From positions 1 through 42,308 of the forward strand of contig WJLJ01000017.1 of assembly GCA_014728525.1 (NCBI GenBank): a DNA stretch of 42,308 nt, given 5' to 3'. Positions 29,433 to 39,105 of this stretch are shown one piece after another. The translations under genes were made by a program, and so were the position numbers. Source of the stretch: Candidatus Babelota bacterium. GTDB taxonomy: Bacteria > Babelota > Babeliae > Babelales > UASB340. How positions within the stretch are numbered: position 1 is the first letter of the stretch; every line of letters starts with the position of its first letter. A model generated the notes under the pieces. That model saw only the letters and a list, made by a program, of their open reading frames with translations. It searched no databases and was not told the DNA's origin.

Positions 29433-30248
29433 ATGGCTATTATAACTAGAAAATCTATTACCTCATCATTAAGAGGGCAACAGTTTATTTCAACTAAAGA
29501 TTTGACTAAGAAAAAACCAGAAAAAAAATTAACTGTATCTTTATCAAAAAATGGTGGAAGAAATAGTTATGGTCGTATAACTGTTCGCCATAGAGGAGGG
29601 GGAGCTAAAAGAAAATATAGAGTTATAGATTTTAAGCGCACTTATAAAGATATACCTGGTAAGGTAATTGCTTTTGAATATGATCCGAATAGAAATGTTT
29701 CCATTGCTTTGATTGCTTATAGAAATGGTGCCAAAAGCTATATATTGAGACCTGAAGGTTTAAAATTGGGGGATACAATTTTAAATAGTTCAAGAGCAGA
29801 AGCAAAAGTTGGAAACAGTATGCCTTTGCGAAATGTGCCTATAGGTTTTTTTGTGCACAATATTGAATTAGTACCGGGTCAGGGTGGAAAATTGGCTAGA
29901 AGTGCTGGTTCAGCTATTCAATTGTTAGGTAAAGAAGGTAATTTAGCAATATTAAAGATGCCTTCAGGCGAAACACGAACAGTATTTTTAGATAATTGGA
30001 CAACAATTGGTACTTTAGCAAATGCAGATTATAAAAATATTACTTTAGGTAAAGCTGGAAGAAGACGACACATGGGATTTAGGCCTTCTGTTCGCGGTAT
30101 GGCTATGAACCCGGTAGATCACCCTCACGGTGGTGGTGAAGGACGTTCTAAATCAGGGTCTCATCCAGTTACTCCTTGGGGTAAGAGTTGTAAGGGTGCA
30201 AGAACAAGAAAAAGAAAAAGTTCTGCTATTTTAAAAAGACGTAAATAG
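29433..30248 (+). CDS. rplB: 50S ribosomal protein L2
   Basis: GRNSYGRITVRHRGGGAKRKYRVIDFKR ... RGMAMNPVDHPHGGGEGRS. Confidence 0.97.
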   Translation: MAIITRKSITSSLRGQQFISTKDLTKKKPEKKLTVSLSKNGGRNSYGRITVRHRGGGAKRKYRVIDFKRTYKDIPGKVIAFEYDPNRNVSIALIAYRNGAKSYILRPEGLKLGDTILNSSRAEAKVGNSMPLRNVPIGFFVHNIELVPGQGGKLARSAGSAIQLLGKEGNLAILKMPSGETRTVFLDNWTTIGTLANADYKNITLGKAGRRRHMGFRPSVRGMAMNPVDHPHGGGEGRSKSGSHPVTPWGKSCKGARTRKRKSSAILKRRK

Positions 30249-30273
30249 TATAAAATTTAGATAGAGGATATAA

Positions 30274-30561
30274 ATGGCCAGATCTACAAAAAAGGGTCCT
30301 TTTGTTGATCCTAATTTGCAAAGAAAAATAGAAGCTGCTAAAGATTCAAATAAAAGGCAAAGTATTAAAACTTGGAAAAGAAATAGTCTGATTACTCCTG
30401 ATTTTGTAGGATTAACACTTGCTGTTCATGATGGGCGTAAATTTGTATCTATTTATATTACAGAAAATATGGTAGGACATTATTTAGGTGAATTTGCACC
30501 AACAAGAACTTTTAGACTGCATAGTGGACAACGTAAAGCAGGAGTTCCTCCAAAGAAATAG
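30274..30561 (+). CDS. rpsS: 30S ribosomal protein S19
   Basis: [12 protein letters not shown] ... [30 protein letters not shown]. Confidence 0.97.
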   Translation: MARSTKKGPFVDPNLQRKIEAAKDSNKRQSIKTWKRNSLITPDFVGLTLAVHDGRKFVSIYITENMVGHYLGEFAPTRTFRLHSGQRKAGVPPKK

Positions 30562-30631
30562 TGATTAATGATAATAGTTAGTTTAGTTTGTTATTAGATA
30601 CTTTTTTATAATATTTTATAAAGGTTTAAAA

Positions 30632-31012
30632 ATGCTTGTAAGAGCTAAAAGTAAATACATTCGAATTTCACCATATAAGTTACGCCCTGTGGTTGATGTT
30701 ATAAGAGGCTATTCTGTAGATAGAGCTCTTGCTTGGCTTCAAACTACAGCTTTAAAAAGGGTTGTGCCAGTAAGAAAAACTCTTTTGTCTGCATATTCTA
30801 ACGGTAAAAATATTTTATCTAAGGATGTTGGCATGAATGAGTTTTTCATTAAGGAGATAAAAGTTGATCAAGGTCCTGTTATAAAATATTACAAACCCGG
30901 AGCAATGGGACGTGCTAATGTTCAACGTAGAAGGCTTAGCCACTTGCAAATAGTTTTGGAGAGAAAAGATAAAGTTGCTAATAAAGGTGATAAAAAAGTA
31001 AATAAAAAATAG
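30632..31012 (+). CDS. rplV: 50S ribosomal protein L22
   Basis: AKSKYIRISPYKLRPVVDVIRGYSVDRALAWL ... GRANVQRRRLSHLQIVL. Confidence 0.95.
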   Translation: MLVRAKSKYIRISPYKLRPVVDVIRGYSVDRALAWLQTTALKRVVPVRKTLLSAYSNGKNILSKDVGMNEFFIKEIKVDQGPVIKYYKPGAMGRANVQRRRLSHLQIVLERKDKVANKGDKKVNKK

Positions 31013-31039
31013 TTTATATAAATTCAGTAGAGGTGATTT

Positions 31040-31660
31040 GTGGGACAAAAGGTTCATCCAGTAGGTTTTAGAATAGGTGTATTTGAAGATTGGAAAGCTC
31101 GTTGGTTTTCTAAAAAATCTTACGGTAAAGAATTATTAGAAGACTTAGAGATAAGAAACTATCTTAAAAAAGTTTTAAATTTTCAAGATATAGATAAAAT
31201 TTTAATAGAAAAAGCTGGAGAAGCTATAAAGGTTATCCTTCATTCCTCTAGACCAGGGTTTATAATTGGCAAAAAAGGAATGGGTATAGAAAAACTAAAA
31301 CAAGATTTCTATAGAAAATTTAAAAAGAATATTGAAATTTCTGTACAAGAGGTTAGAAATCCGGATCTTAGTGCTTCTTTATTGGCTAAAGGTATTGCAG
31401 AGCAGCTTGTTAAAAGGGTTAGCTTTAAAAGAGCAATGAAAAGAGCCGGTTTTGCAGCTTTAAAGAGTGGAGCAAAGGGTGTTAAGATTTGTTGTTCTGG
31501 TCGTTTAGGTGGAGCTGAAATTGCTCGAACAGAATGGTTAAGATTAGGATCTGTACCTTTACATACTTTGCGTTCCAATGTTGATTATGCTTTGGCTGAA
31601 GCAAAAACTACTTATGGAATAATTGGTGTTAAGGTTTGGGTTTGCAAAGGTACTTACTAA
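31040..31660 (+). CDS. rpsC: 30S ribosomal protein S3
   Basis: GTG start. GQKVHPVGFRIGV..W.ARWF and a KH domain, GGAEIARTEWLRLGSVPLHTLRSNVDY. Confidence 0.96.
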   Translation: MGQKVHPVGFRIGVFEDWKARWFSKKSYGKELLEDLEIRNYLKKVLNFQDIDKILIEKAGEAIKVILHSSRPGFIIGKKGMGIEKLKQDFYRKFKKNIEISVQEVRNPDLSASLLAKGIAEQLVKRVSFKRAMKRAGFAALKSGAKGVKICCSGRLGGAEIARTEWLRLGSVPLHTLRSNVDYALAEAKTTYGIIGVKVWVCKGTY

Positions 31661-31709
31661 AATTGGTAAAAACCTTAAGTAAAGGTTTAAAAAACAGAGA
31701 GATTATATC

Positions 31710-32135
31710 ATGTTAATGCCGAAAAAAACTAAATACAGAAAAGTTCAAAGAGGTAGAATGAGGGGAAAGTCCAAGGCTAGCAATTTAGTTTTCGGTGATT
31801 ATGGACTAGTTGCTGTTGAGCCTTGCTGGTTAAATGCCAGACAAATAGAGGCTGCAAGGGTAACAGTAAGCCGGAAATTAAAAAAAGTTGGAGAAATGTT
31901 TTTACGTGTTTTCCCTGATAAGCCTGTTACAAAAAAACCTGCAGAAACTCGAATGGGTAAAGGTAAAGGTAGCCCAGAGTTTTGGGTTTGTGTTGTGAAG
32001 CGTGGTAAAGTTTTGATTGAAGTTAAAGATATTGATGCTGATTTAGCTAAAAAGGTTTTAAAGTCTGCTTCTTATAAATTACCTATGAAAACTAAATTTA
32101 TTAGTAAGTTTGATAATAATAACAAAGCAAAATAA
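31710..32135 (+). CDS. rplP: 50S ribosomal protein L16
   Basis: MLMPKKTKYRKVQRGRMRGKS ... ETRMGKGKGSPEFWV. Confidence 0.96.
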   Translation: MLMPKKTKYRKVQRGRMRGKSKASNLVFGDYGLVAVEPCWLNARQIEAARVTVSRKLKKVGEMFLRVFPDKPVTKKPAETRMGKGKGSPEFWVCVVKRGKVLIEVKDIDADLAKKVLKSASYKLPMKTKFISKFDNNNKAK

Positions 32136-32152
32136 ATTCTGTAGAGATTGAT

Positions 32153-32335
32153 ATGAAAAAAGAAGATTTAAAAAAGCTAAGTGAATCTGAACTACAAAAA
32201 GAATTAAAGCAATTAAGAAAAGAACTATTTGATTTAAAGTTGAGTTTAGATAGTGGAGAAGTTAAGGATTTTTCACAATTTGGTAAAATTCGTAAGAATA
32301 TAGCTAGATGTTTAACTTTTTTAAAACAAAAATAA
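32153..32335 (+). CDS. rpmC: 50S ribosomal protein L29
   Basis: 60 aa. LSESELQKELKQLRKELFDLKL, a typical L29 helix, located between rplP and rpsQ. Confidence 0.9.
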   Translation: MKKEDLKKLSESELQKELKQLRKELFDLKLSLDSGEVKDFSQFGKIRKNIARCLTFLKQK

Positions 32336-32425
32336 GTAAAGTACTGAAAAAATTTTAAAATATGTTAAAGTAAGACTTTAGGTTTTGCTTTAAGAGCCAG
32401 AAATAGTGCTATTTGAGGTATTATA

Positions 32426-32704
32426 ATGACAAACGCTGATAAGGAAAAAGATATAAAACTTACTGCAAGAACATTTGCAGGAGAAGTTATTTCTTGTAAT
32501 ATGCAAAAAACTGTAGTTGTTAAGGTAGATAGGATGTTTGAGCATCCTTTAGTTGGAAAAACTTTAAAGAGATCAAAAAAATTTAAAGCTCATGATGAAA
32601 AAGAAGCGGCAAATGTTGGTGATTGGGTTGAAATAGCTGAATGCAGACCTATTTCAAAATCTAAGCATATGATCTTAAAACGCGTTTTAAGAAAGGCTGA
32701 TTAA
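32426..32704 (+). CDS. rpsQ: 30S ribosomal protein S17
   Basis: [42 protein letters not shown]...[17 protein letters not shown]. Confidence 0.95.
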   Translation: MTNADKEKDIKLTARTFAGEVISCNMQKTVVVKVDRMFEHPLVGKTLKRSKKFKAHDEKEAANVGDWVEIAECRPISKSKHMILKRVLRKAD

Positions 32705-32715
32705 GAAAGGTAATC

Positions 32716-33084
32716 ATGATTCAAAAGCAGACTAAATTAAATGTTGCAGATAATTCTGGCGCAAAAAAATTGATGGTTATTCATGTTACCGGCAGCACCC
32801 GTAAGAGATTTGCTCGTCTAGGTGATATTGTGAAAGTTTCAGTCAAAAGGGCTATTCCCGGTGGGACTGTTAAAAAGGGTGATGTTTTAAATGCGGTTAT
32901 CGTTAGAACAAAAAAAGAGTCAAGAAGAATAGATGGAAGTTATGTTCGTTTTAGCGACAATGCAGCGGTTATTATTGATAAAGATAAGCAGCCTGTTGGA
33001 AGTCGTATTTTTGGCCCTGTTGCCAGGGAATTAAGAGCTAGTGGTTATTTGAAAATAGTTTCTTTGGCACCGGAAGTTTTGTAG
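32716..33084 (+). CDS. rplN: 50S ribosomal protein L14
   Basis: [24 protein letters not shown] ... [10 protein letters not shown]. Confidence 0.97.
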   Translation: MIQKQTKLNVADNSGAKKLMVIHVTGSTRKRFARLGDIVKVSVKRAIPGGTVKKGDVLNAVIVRTKKESRRIDGSYVRFSDNAAVIIDKDKQPVGSRIFGPVARELRASGYLKIVSLAPEVL

Positions 33085-33103
33085 TTGTTGGGTTAGGATT
33101 GTT

Positions 33104-33418
33104 ATGTTAAGTCGAATAAGAAAAGATGATACGGTTGTTGTTATAACAGGAAAAGATAAAGGCAAACAAGGCGTTATTATAAAAATTGATCCAAAAAAAG
33201 ATGCTGTTTTGGTCAAAGGTGTTTCCGTTGTAACTAAACATGTTAAGGCTAGAAAATCAGGTGAAACAAGTAGGATTGTAAAAGAAGAAACTTATATTCC
33301 TTCATTTAAGGTAATGCCTGTTTGTAAGTCTTGTAAAAAGCCATGTAGAGTAAGAACAAGATTATTGGAAGATGGAAAAAAAGTAAGAGTTTGTCATCGC
33401 TGTCAAGAGGCTTTTTAG
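33104..33418 (+). CDS. rplX: 50S ribosomal protein L24 (with C-terminal Cys4 zinc-ribbon-like motif)
   Basis: IRKDDTVVVITGKDKGKQGVIIKI KOW motif. C-terminus has CKSC...CHRC. Confidence 0.95.
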   Translation: MLSRIRKDDTVVVITGKDKGKQGVIIKIDPKKDAVLVKGVSVVTKHVKARKSGETSRIVKEETYIPSFKVMPVCKSCKKPCRVRTRLLEDGKKVRVCHRCQEAF

Positions 33419-33428
33419 TTAAGGTTTT

Positions 33429-33974
33429 ATGATGAGATCACGATTAGAAAATTTATATAAAGAAAAGTTTTGTTCTGAATTAAAAGAACAATTGAGTTTA
33501 AAAAATATTATGGAAGTTCCCAGAATTTCAAAAATTGTTTTGAATATGGGAGTAAAAGATGCTGTCGGCGATAGTAAAATTTTGAATAAAGTTAAAGATG
33601 TTGTTTCTAAGATTGCCGGTCAATTAGCAATACAGACTAAAGCAAAAAAATCTATAGCCGGTTTTAAATTGCGTGAAGGTATGCCTATAGGTATAAAAGT
33701 TACGCTTCGCGGAACTAACATGTATAATTTTTTAGATAGGCTTATTAATATAGCTATCCCAAGAGTAAAAGATTTTCATGGTTTAAAACCAAAATTAGAT
33801 GGAAATGGAAATTATAATTTGGGATTGAAGGATTGGATGGTTTTTCCTGAAGTAGATTATGATAAGGTAGATAAATCTAGAGGGTTGAATATAACTATTC
33901 ATACAACAGCTAAGTCTGATGATCATGCTGTTGCCTTATTAAAAAGTTTTAATATGCCATTTAGAGATAAATAA
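33429..33974 (+). CDS. rplE: 50S ribosomal protein L5
   Basis: NIMEVPRISKIVLNMGV ... IAGFKLREGMPIGIKVTLRG ... RVKDFHGL. Confidence 0.96.
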   Translation: MMRSRLENLYKEKFCSELKEQLSLKNIMEVPRISKIVLNMGVKDAVGDSKILNKVKDVVSKIAGQLAIQTKAKKSIAGFKLREGMPIGIKVTLRGTNMYNFLDRLINIAIPRVKDFHGLKPKLDGNGNYNLGLKDWMVFPEVDYDKVDKSRGLNITIHTTAKSDDHAVALLKSFNMPFRDK

Positions 33975-34000
33975 AGGTTTGTTAAAAAGGTAAACAAAAT

Positions 34001-34186
34001 ATGGCAAAAAAAGCGTTAATAGAAAAATCAAAGAGAACACCAAAGTTTTCTACTAGACAAAGAAATCGTTGTAAAGTTTGTGGTAGGCCTAGAGGTTTTA
34101 TGCGTGACTTTTTGTTGTGCAGAATATGTTTTAGAACATTTGCTTTGAAGGGCTTGCTTCCTGGTGTAAAGAAAACTAGCTGGTAG
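34001..34186 (+). CDS. rpsN: 30S ribosomal protein S14 type Z (Zn-binding, 61 aa)
   Basis: [45 protein letters not shown], with CxxC...CxxC. Confidence 0.96.
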   Translation: MAKKALIEKSKRTPKFSTRQRNRCKVCGRPRGFMRDFLLCRICFRTFALKGLLPGVKKTSW

Positions 34187-34207
34187 AATTTAGAAGGGAC
34201 AAAAAGT

Positions 34208-34603
34208 ATGTCAGTTGATGTAGTTGGTAATTTTTTAACAGTTATTCGTAATGCTTTAATGGTTTACAAGCGTTCTGTTTCTCTTCCATATTCAAATTTA
34301 AAAGCTGGTATAGCAAAAGTTTTAAAAGATGAAGGTTTTATCAAAGATTTTAATAAAACTGAAGATGAAAAGGGACATCCAATTTTAAATATTTCCTTGA
34401 AATATGTTGATGGAAAGCCTGCAATAAATGAAATAAAACGTGTTAGTAAACCGGGCAGACGTTTTTATGAAAGATCAGGAAATATTACCCCTGTTGTTGG
34501 TGGATTAGGTGTTGCTATATTGAGTACTAGTTCTGGAATTATAACAGACCAACAAGCAAGAAAGCTTTCGGTTGGTGGAGAAGTTATTTGTCACGTTTGG
34601 TAA
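34208..34603 (+). CDS. rpsH: 30S ribosomal protein S8
   Basis: VGNFLTVIRNALMV ... GLGVAILSTSSGIITDQQARKLSVGGEVICHVW. Confidence 0.96.
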   Translation: MSVDVVGNFLTVIRNALMVYKRSVSLPYSNLKAGIAKVLKDEGFIKDFNKTEDEKGHPILNISLKYVDGKPAINEIKRVSKPGRRFYERSGNITPVVGGLGVAILSTSSGIITDQQARKLSVGGEVICHVW

Positions 34604-34613
34604 AAGGTGTAAC

Positions 34614-35153
34614 ATGTCAAAAATCGGAAAAAAACCAATTGAACTTTCAGCTGCGAAAGTTGAAATAAAGGGACAAGAAGTAATTATAAATGGTCCAAAA
34701 GCTAATTTCATTCATAAATTGCCAGAGAATATAAAGGCTTCAATTCAAGATGGAAGTTTAGTTTTGGAATTAAAAAATGAAGATAAAAATAATAAAGCTA
34801 TGTGGGGTTTACATAGAGCTTTATTAGCTAATAAGATATTAGGTTCACAAAAATTATTTGAAAAAAATGTTAAAATTGTTGGTTTAGGTTATAAAGCACA
34901 AATTTCTGGCAAAAAAATGATTTTTTCATTGGGATACAGTCATAAGATTGATTTTGAATTGCCAGAGGGAGTTGAAGTATCTGCAGATAGGACTGGGCAG
35001 CAATTAGTTTTTAAATCAAGCGATAAAGCTTTACTTGGCAATGTTTGTGATACTGTAAAAAGTTTTAGACCACCGGAACCATATAAAGGAACTGGAATTA
35101 TTGTTGAAGGTGATGTTATTATTCGTAAGGCCGGTAAGGCAAAAGCTGCTTAA
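34614..35153 (+). CDS. rplF: 50S ribosomal protein L6
   Basis: MSKIGKKPIEL ... LGYSHKIDFELPEGV ... PEPYKGTGI. Start at the ATG at 34614; the ORF-track start at 34572 lies inside rpsH. Confidence 0.95.
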   Translation: MSKIGKKPIELSAAKVEIKGQEVIINGPKANFIHKLPENIKASIQDGSLVLELKNEDKNNKAMWGLHRALLANKILGSQKLFEKNVKIVGLGYKAQISGKKMIFSLGYSHKIDFELPEGVEVSADRTGQQLVFKSSDKALLGNVCDTVKSFRPPEPYKGTGIIVEGDVIIRKAGKAKAA

Positions 35154-35181
35154 TTTTGAATGTTGAAGAAAGGTTTTACAA

Positions 35182-35550
35182 GTGAGTTATCAGAAAAAAA
35201 GCCAAAGAAAAATTCAGAAAAGATCTAATAGAAGGTCTTTTAGAGTAAAAAATAAACAAGTTCGCAGAGGTGATGTACCTAGAGTTTGTGTTTTTAGAAG
35301 TTTGAAGCAAATTTATGCACAAATAATTGATGATTCAAATCATTCTACACTTGTTAGTTTTTCTTCTTTAAATTTAAAAGAGAAAAAAAATAATAAAGTT
35401 GAAACCGCTAAACAAGTTGGTTTATCTCTTGGTAAACAAGCCTTAGAAAAATCAATAGATAAAGTCTTTTTTGATCGTGGTAATTATTTATACCATGGAA
35501 GGGTTAAGGCTTTGGCTGATGGATTACGTGAAAGTGGCTTAAAATTTTAA
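35182..35550 (+). CDS. rplR: 50S ribosomal protein L18
   Basis: GTG start. [19 protein letters not shown] ... [28 protein letters not shown]. Confidence 0.95.
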   Translation: MSYQKKSQRKIQKRSNRRSFRVKNKQVRRGDVPRVCVFRSLKQIYAQIIDDSNHSTLVSFSSLNLKEKKNNKVETAKQVGLSLGKQALEKSIDKVFFDRGNYLYHGRVKALADGLRESGLKF

Positions 35551-35581
35551 GATTACAATAGAGTTTTAGGAAAGATTTAAT

Positions 35582-36133
35582 ATGGCAGATGTTAAAGGAA
35601 AGAAAAATTCTTCAACAGCAGAAGAATATGCAGAAAGCGTACTAGATGTTAGACGTGTTGCCAAAGTTATAAAAGGCGGTCGACGTTTTGGTTTTTCTGC
35701 TTTAGTTGCTGTTGGTGATAAAAAAGGTAGGGTTGGTGTGGCTTTAGGAAAGGGACGCGAGGTTTCGGCTGCGATATCAAAAGCATTAAAAAGAGCAAAA
35801 AAGAACATGTTTGAGGTTCCTTTATATAAGACTACGATTCCTTTTACTATTAAAGCTAAACATGGTGCAAGTTCCGTTTTAATTCGTTCTGCAGCTAAAG
35901 GTACCGGCGTTATTGCAGGAGGTGCAGTGCGTTCGGTAATGGATGTTTTGGGAGTTAAAGATGTTCTTGCGAAATCCTTCGGTTCAGGTAATCCTCAAAA
36001 CGTTGTAAAAGCAACCGTAAAAGCTTTGCAAATGTTAAAATCAGCAAAGCAAATTGCTGCAACTAGAGGTAAAAAGTTAAATGAGATTGTAAGTACTGCA
36101 AAAACAACTGAGGAAAAAGATGCTATCGCTTAA
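35582..36133 (+). CDS. rpsE: 30S ribosomal protein S5
   Basis: VLDVRRVAKVIKGGRRFGFSALVAVGDKKGRVGVALGKGREV ... GTGVIAGGAVRSVMDVLGVKDVLAKSFGSGNPQN. Confidence 0.96.
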   Translation: MADVKGKKNSSTAEEYAESVLDVRRVAKVIKGGRRFGFSALVAVGDKKGRVGVALGKGREVSAAISKALKRAKKNMFEVPLYKTTIPFTIKAKHGASSVLIRSAAKGTGVIAGGAVRSVMDVLGVKDVLAKSFGSGNPQNVVKATVKALQMLKSAKQIAATRGKKLNEIVSTAKTTEEKDAIA

Positions 36134-36572
36134 TAAATTAGAATCTATCTCCAAAAAAAGAAAAAGAGTTGGCCGAGGTGGCGATAACGGTGGAACTTCA
36201 GGTAGAGGTCACAAAGGACAAAAAGCCAGAAGTGGTGTTGGCGGAGAATTAAAACCTTGGTTTGAAGGTGGTCAAATGTCTTTGACTAGACGTTTGCCAA
36301 AAAGAGGTTTTGTTAATAGTAAATTTAAAAAAGAAGTAAAAATTGTAAATCTTGAAGATTTAGAAAAAAGGTTTGCAGAAGGTGATACGGTTGATTTAAG
36401 TACTTTAACAAATAAAGGTTTGCTTAAAGGAAAAGGAAAATATTTTGTTAAAGTATTAGGTAATGGAAAATTGAATAAAAACTTGACTGTAAAGGTAAAC
36501 AAAATAAGCAAAACAGCTAAAGAACAAATAGAAAAAGCAGGTGGAACAGTTGAGTTAGTTGGAGAGGTTTAA
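36120..36572 (+). CDS. rplO: 50S ribosomal protein L15
   Basis: MLSLNKL...KRKRVGRGGDNGGTSGRGHKGQKARSG. Overlaps rpsE by 14 nt, leaving no room for rpmD (L30). Confidence 0.95.
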   Translation: MLSLNKLESISKKRKRVGRGGDNGGTSGRGHKGQKARSGVGGELKPWFEGGQMSLTRRLPKRGFVNSKFKKEVKIVNLEDLEKRFAEGDTVDLSTLTNKGLLKGKGKYFVKVLGNGKLNKNLTVKVNKISKTAKEQIEKAGGTVELVGEV

Positions 36573-36573
36573 G

Positions 36574-37890
36574 GTGATTGTACAACTAAAAAACTTCAAA
36601 AATATTTTCTTAGTCCCGGAACTAAGAAGGAAATTAGGTTTTACTCTCGGAGTATTGGCGGTTTATAGATTTGGTGCGCACATTCCAATTCCCGGAATAA
36701 ACACTCAAGCTTTACAAAATTTAATGTCTTCTAAAGTTGCCGGAGGATTGCTTTCTTATCTGGATCTTTTTTCCGGTGGAGCTTTAAAGCAATTCGCAAT
36801 TTTTGCATTGGGGATGATTCCTTATATTAATGCTTCTATAATGATGCAATTGTTAACGGTAATGTTACCTTCTTTAGAACAGCTTTCTAAAGAGGGAGAA
36901 TACGGAAGAAAAATTATAAACCAATATACGAGATATCTTACTTTGGGTCTTAGTATTCTTCAGGGTTTTGGTTTATCTACTTTGATAGAAAGTCAACCAG
37001 GCGTAGTTATTAATCCCGGATGGGGATTTAGATTAACAACGGTATTAATCCTGAGTGTGGGCTCACTTTTTGTTATGTGGTTAGGTGAGCAAATAAATGC
37101 TCATGGTATTGGTAACGGAAGTTCGATGATAATTTTTGCAGGAATTGTTGTTAATTTACCTGCGGCTTTGATTAAAATTTATAGTAGTGTAAATCTAGGA
37201 CAAACAGATCCTTTGGTAGCTGGTTTACTCTTATTAATAACTTTGGCAGTAATTGGTTGTATAATTTTTCTTGAGAAAGGTGAAAGACGAGTTGTTGTAC
37301 AATATGCAAAAAGAGTTGTCGGTCACAAAGTTTATGGCGGTCAAAGTTCTTATATACCTTTAAAAATTAATCCGTCAGGTGTTATTCCCGTAATTTTTGC
37401 CAGTGCTATTATGCAATTACCAATGTTGTTGACTAATGCTATATCAAAATGGTTTCCGGCTTTAAGTTTTATTTCGGATTGGTTTAGTTACGGAAGTATA
37501 CTTTTCTTTGTTTTACAATCAGGTTTAATTATATTTTTTGCGTTTTTTTATACGGCTGTAATATTTAATCCTGCAGAACTTGCCGATAATATTAGAAAAT
37601 CCGGTGGATTTATTCCCGGAATAAGACCCGGAAAAAGGACTGCTGAATTTTTTGATTATTTGTTAACCAGAATAGGACTTCCGGGTGCTTTATATTTAGC
37701 TTCTTTGGCATTAGTTCCGGGAATTTTACAAAAGATTTTTAATTTTCCGGTGATGTTTAGCGGAATAAGCTTACTAATTGTCATAGGTGTGGCAATGGAT
37801 ACTTCTTCTCAAATTGAATCTCATTTGATTGAAAGGAGATATGAAGGCTTTTTATCTACAGGAAGACTTAAAGGTAGAGGTGGGCGTTAA
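36574..37890 (+). CDS. secY: Preprotein translocase subunit SecY
   Basis: Ten TM segments. LRRKLGFTLGVLAVYRFGAHIPIPGIN, FALGMIPYINASIMMQLL and IPGIRPGKRTAEF. The GTG at 36574 follows the rplO stop, with GGAGAGG upstream. Confidence 0.95.
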   Translation: MIVQLKNFKNIFLVPELRRKLGFTLGVLAVYRFGAHIPIPGINTQALQNLMSSKVAGGLLSYLDLFSGGALKQFAIFALGMIPYINASIMMQLLTVMLPSLEQLSKEGEYGRKIINQYTRYLTLGLSILQGFGLSTLIESQPGVVINPGWGFRLTTVLILSVGSLFVMWLGEQINAHGIGNGSSMIIFAGIVVNLPAALIKIYSSVNLGQTDPLVAGLLLLITLAVIGCIIFLEKGERRVVVQYAKRVVGHKVYGGQSSYIPLKINPSGVIPVIFASAIMQLPMLLTNAISKWFPALSFISDWFSYGSILFFVLQSGLIIFFAFFYTAVIFNPAELADNIRKSGGFIPGIRPGKRTAEFFDYLLTRIGLPGALYLASLALVPGILQKIFNFPVMFSGISLLIVIGVAMDTSSQIESHLIERRYEGFLSTGRLKGRGGR

Positions 37891-37918
37891 AAATATTTAA
37901 AAAATTAAGTGGGGGCAA

Positions 37919-38674
37919 ATGATTATTATAAAAAACAAGAAAGCTATAAATAACATGAAAAAAGCGGGACAATTGTTGTCTCAGATTTTTAATCAAGCTT
38001 CTTGTTTAATAAAGGAAGGTGTTAATACGTTACAAATAGACACTTTCTTTGAAAATAAAATTTTAGAATTTGGTTTAAAACCTGAATGTAAAGGTTATGC
38101 AGGATATAAACATGCAACATGTATATCCTTGAATGACGTAGTTGTTCATGGAGTTCCATCAAACAAAATTATTCTCAAAACCGGAGATTTTGTTAAGATA
38201 GATGTTGTTGCTTCTTACAAAGGATATTGTGCTGATATGGCACGCTATTTTTTTGTTGGAAATGTTGATCCAATAGTGAAAAAAATTGCTGAAACGGCTA
38301 AAAGATCTTTGAATAAAGCTATAAGTTTGGCTGTTCCCGGCAATAGACTTTCAGATATCTCTTCTGAAATTCAAAAAGAGGTAGAAAAAGAAGGTTTTAA
38401 TGTAGTAAGGTGTTTTGCAGGTCATGGTATTGGTCGATCCATGCATGAAGAGCCGGAAATTCCTAATTATGGAAAACCCGGATTGGGACCAATCTTAAGA
38501 AGTGGAATGACTTTAGCCATAGAGCCTATGATTACTCAAGGGCGTTATGATGTTAAAATCATGAATGACGGTTGGACTGCAAAAACAGTTGATGGTGGGT
38601 ACGCAGCTCACATTGAAGATACGGTTTTAATTACGGATAGTGGCCCGCAAATATTAACTAGATCTTCTAGATAG
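37919..38674 (+). CDS. map: Methionine aminopeptidase type I
   Basis: [45 protein letters not shown] and [10 protein letters not shown] metal-ligand motifs. Confidence 0.95.
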   Translation: MIIIKNKKAINNMKKAGQLLSQIFNQASCLIKEGVNTLQIDTFFENKILEFGLKPECKGYAGYKHATCISLNDVVVHGVPSNKIILKTGDFVKIDVVASYKGYCADMARYFFVGNVDPIVKKIAETAKRSLNKAISLAVPGNRLSDISSEIQKEVEKEGFNVVRCFAGHGIGRSMHEEPEIPNYGKPGLGPILRSGMTLAIEPMITQGRYDVKIMNDGWTAKTVDGGYAAHIEDTVLITDSGPQILTRSSR

Positions 38675-38691
38675 AAGATTTGAAGGGTAAT

Positions 38692-38916
38692 ATGAAAAAG
38701 AAAAAAGATGCAATTGTTGTAGATGGCATAGTTGAAAAAGCTTTACCGAATGCTATGTTTAAAGTAAAAATAGAAGGTGGGCACTTGGTTTTAGCGCATG
38801 TTTCTGGTAAGATGCGTATGTATTACATAAAACTTTTACCGGGGGATAAAGTTGCGGTTGAGCTTTCTCCTTATGATTTGACTAAGGGGCGGATTATTTC
38901 GCGATATAAAGCTTAG
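38692..38916 (+). CDS. infA: Translation initiation factor IF-1
   Basis: [64 protein letters not shown] aligns with E. coli IF1. The ATG at 38692 is preceded by AAGGG. Confidence 0.95.
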   Translation: MKKKKDAIVVDGIVEKALPNAMFKVKIEGGHLVLAHVSGKMRMYYIKLLPGDKVAVELSPYDLTKGRIISRYKA

Positions 38917-38968
38917 ATTTTAACAAAGAGAAAGACTTGAGGTTTAAAGTTAGTTAGAAAGATTGGCT

Positions 38969-39085
38969 ATGAAAGTTAAAACATCAGTTAAAAAGATTTG
39001 TATTTATTGTAAAATAGTAAGACGGGGTAGAATTGTTAGGGTTATTTGTAAAAGAAATCCAAGACATAAACAGCGTCAAGGTTAA
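38969..39085 (+). CDS. rpmJ: 50S ribosomal protein L36 (not in the ORF track; 38 aa)
   Basis: My own translation: [38 protein letters not shown]. This is the canonical L36 with a CxxC...C...H zinc site, in the expected infA-rpmJ-rpsM position. Confidence 0.93.
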   Translation: MKVKTSVKKICIYCKIVRRGRIVRVICKRNPRHKQRQG

Positions 39086-39105
39086 GTTTATAGAGAGGTT
39101 TTTGA

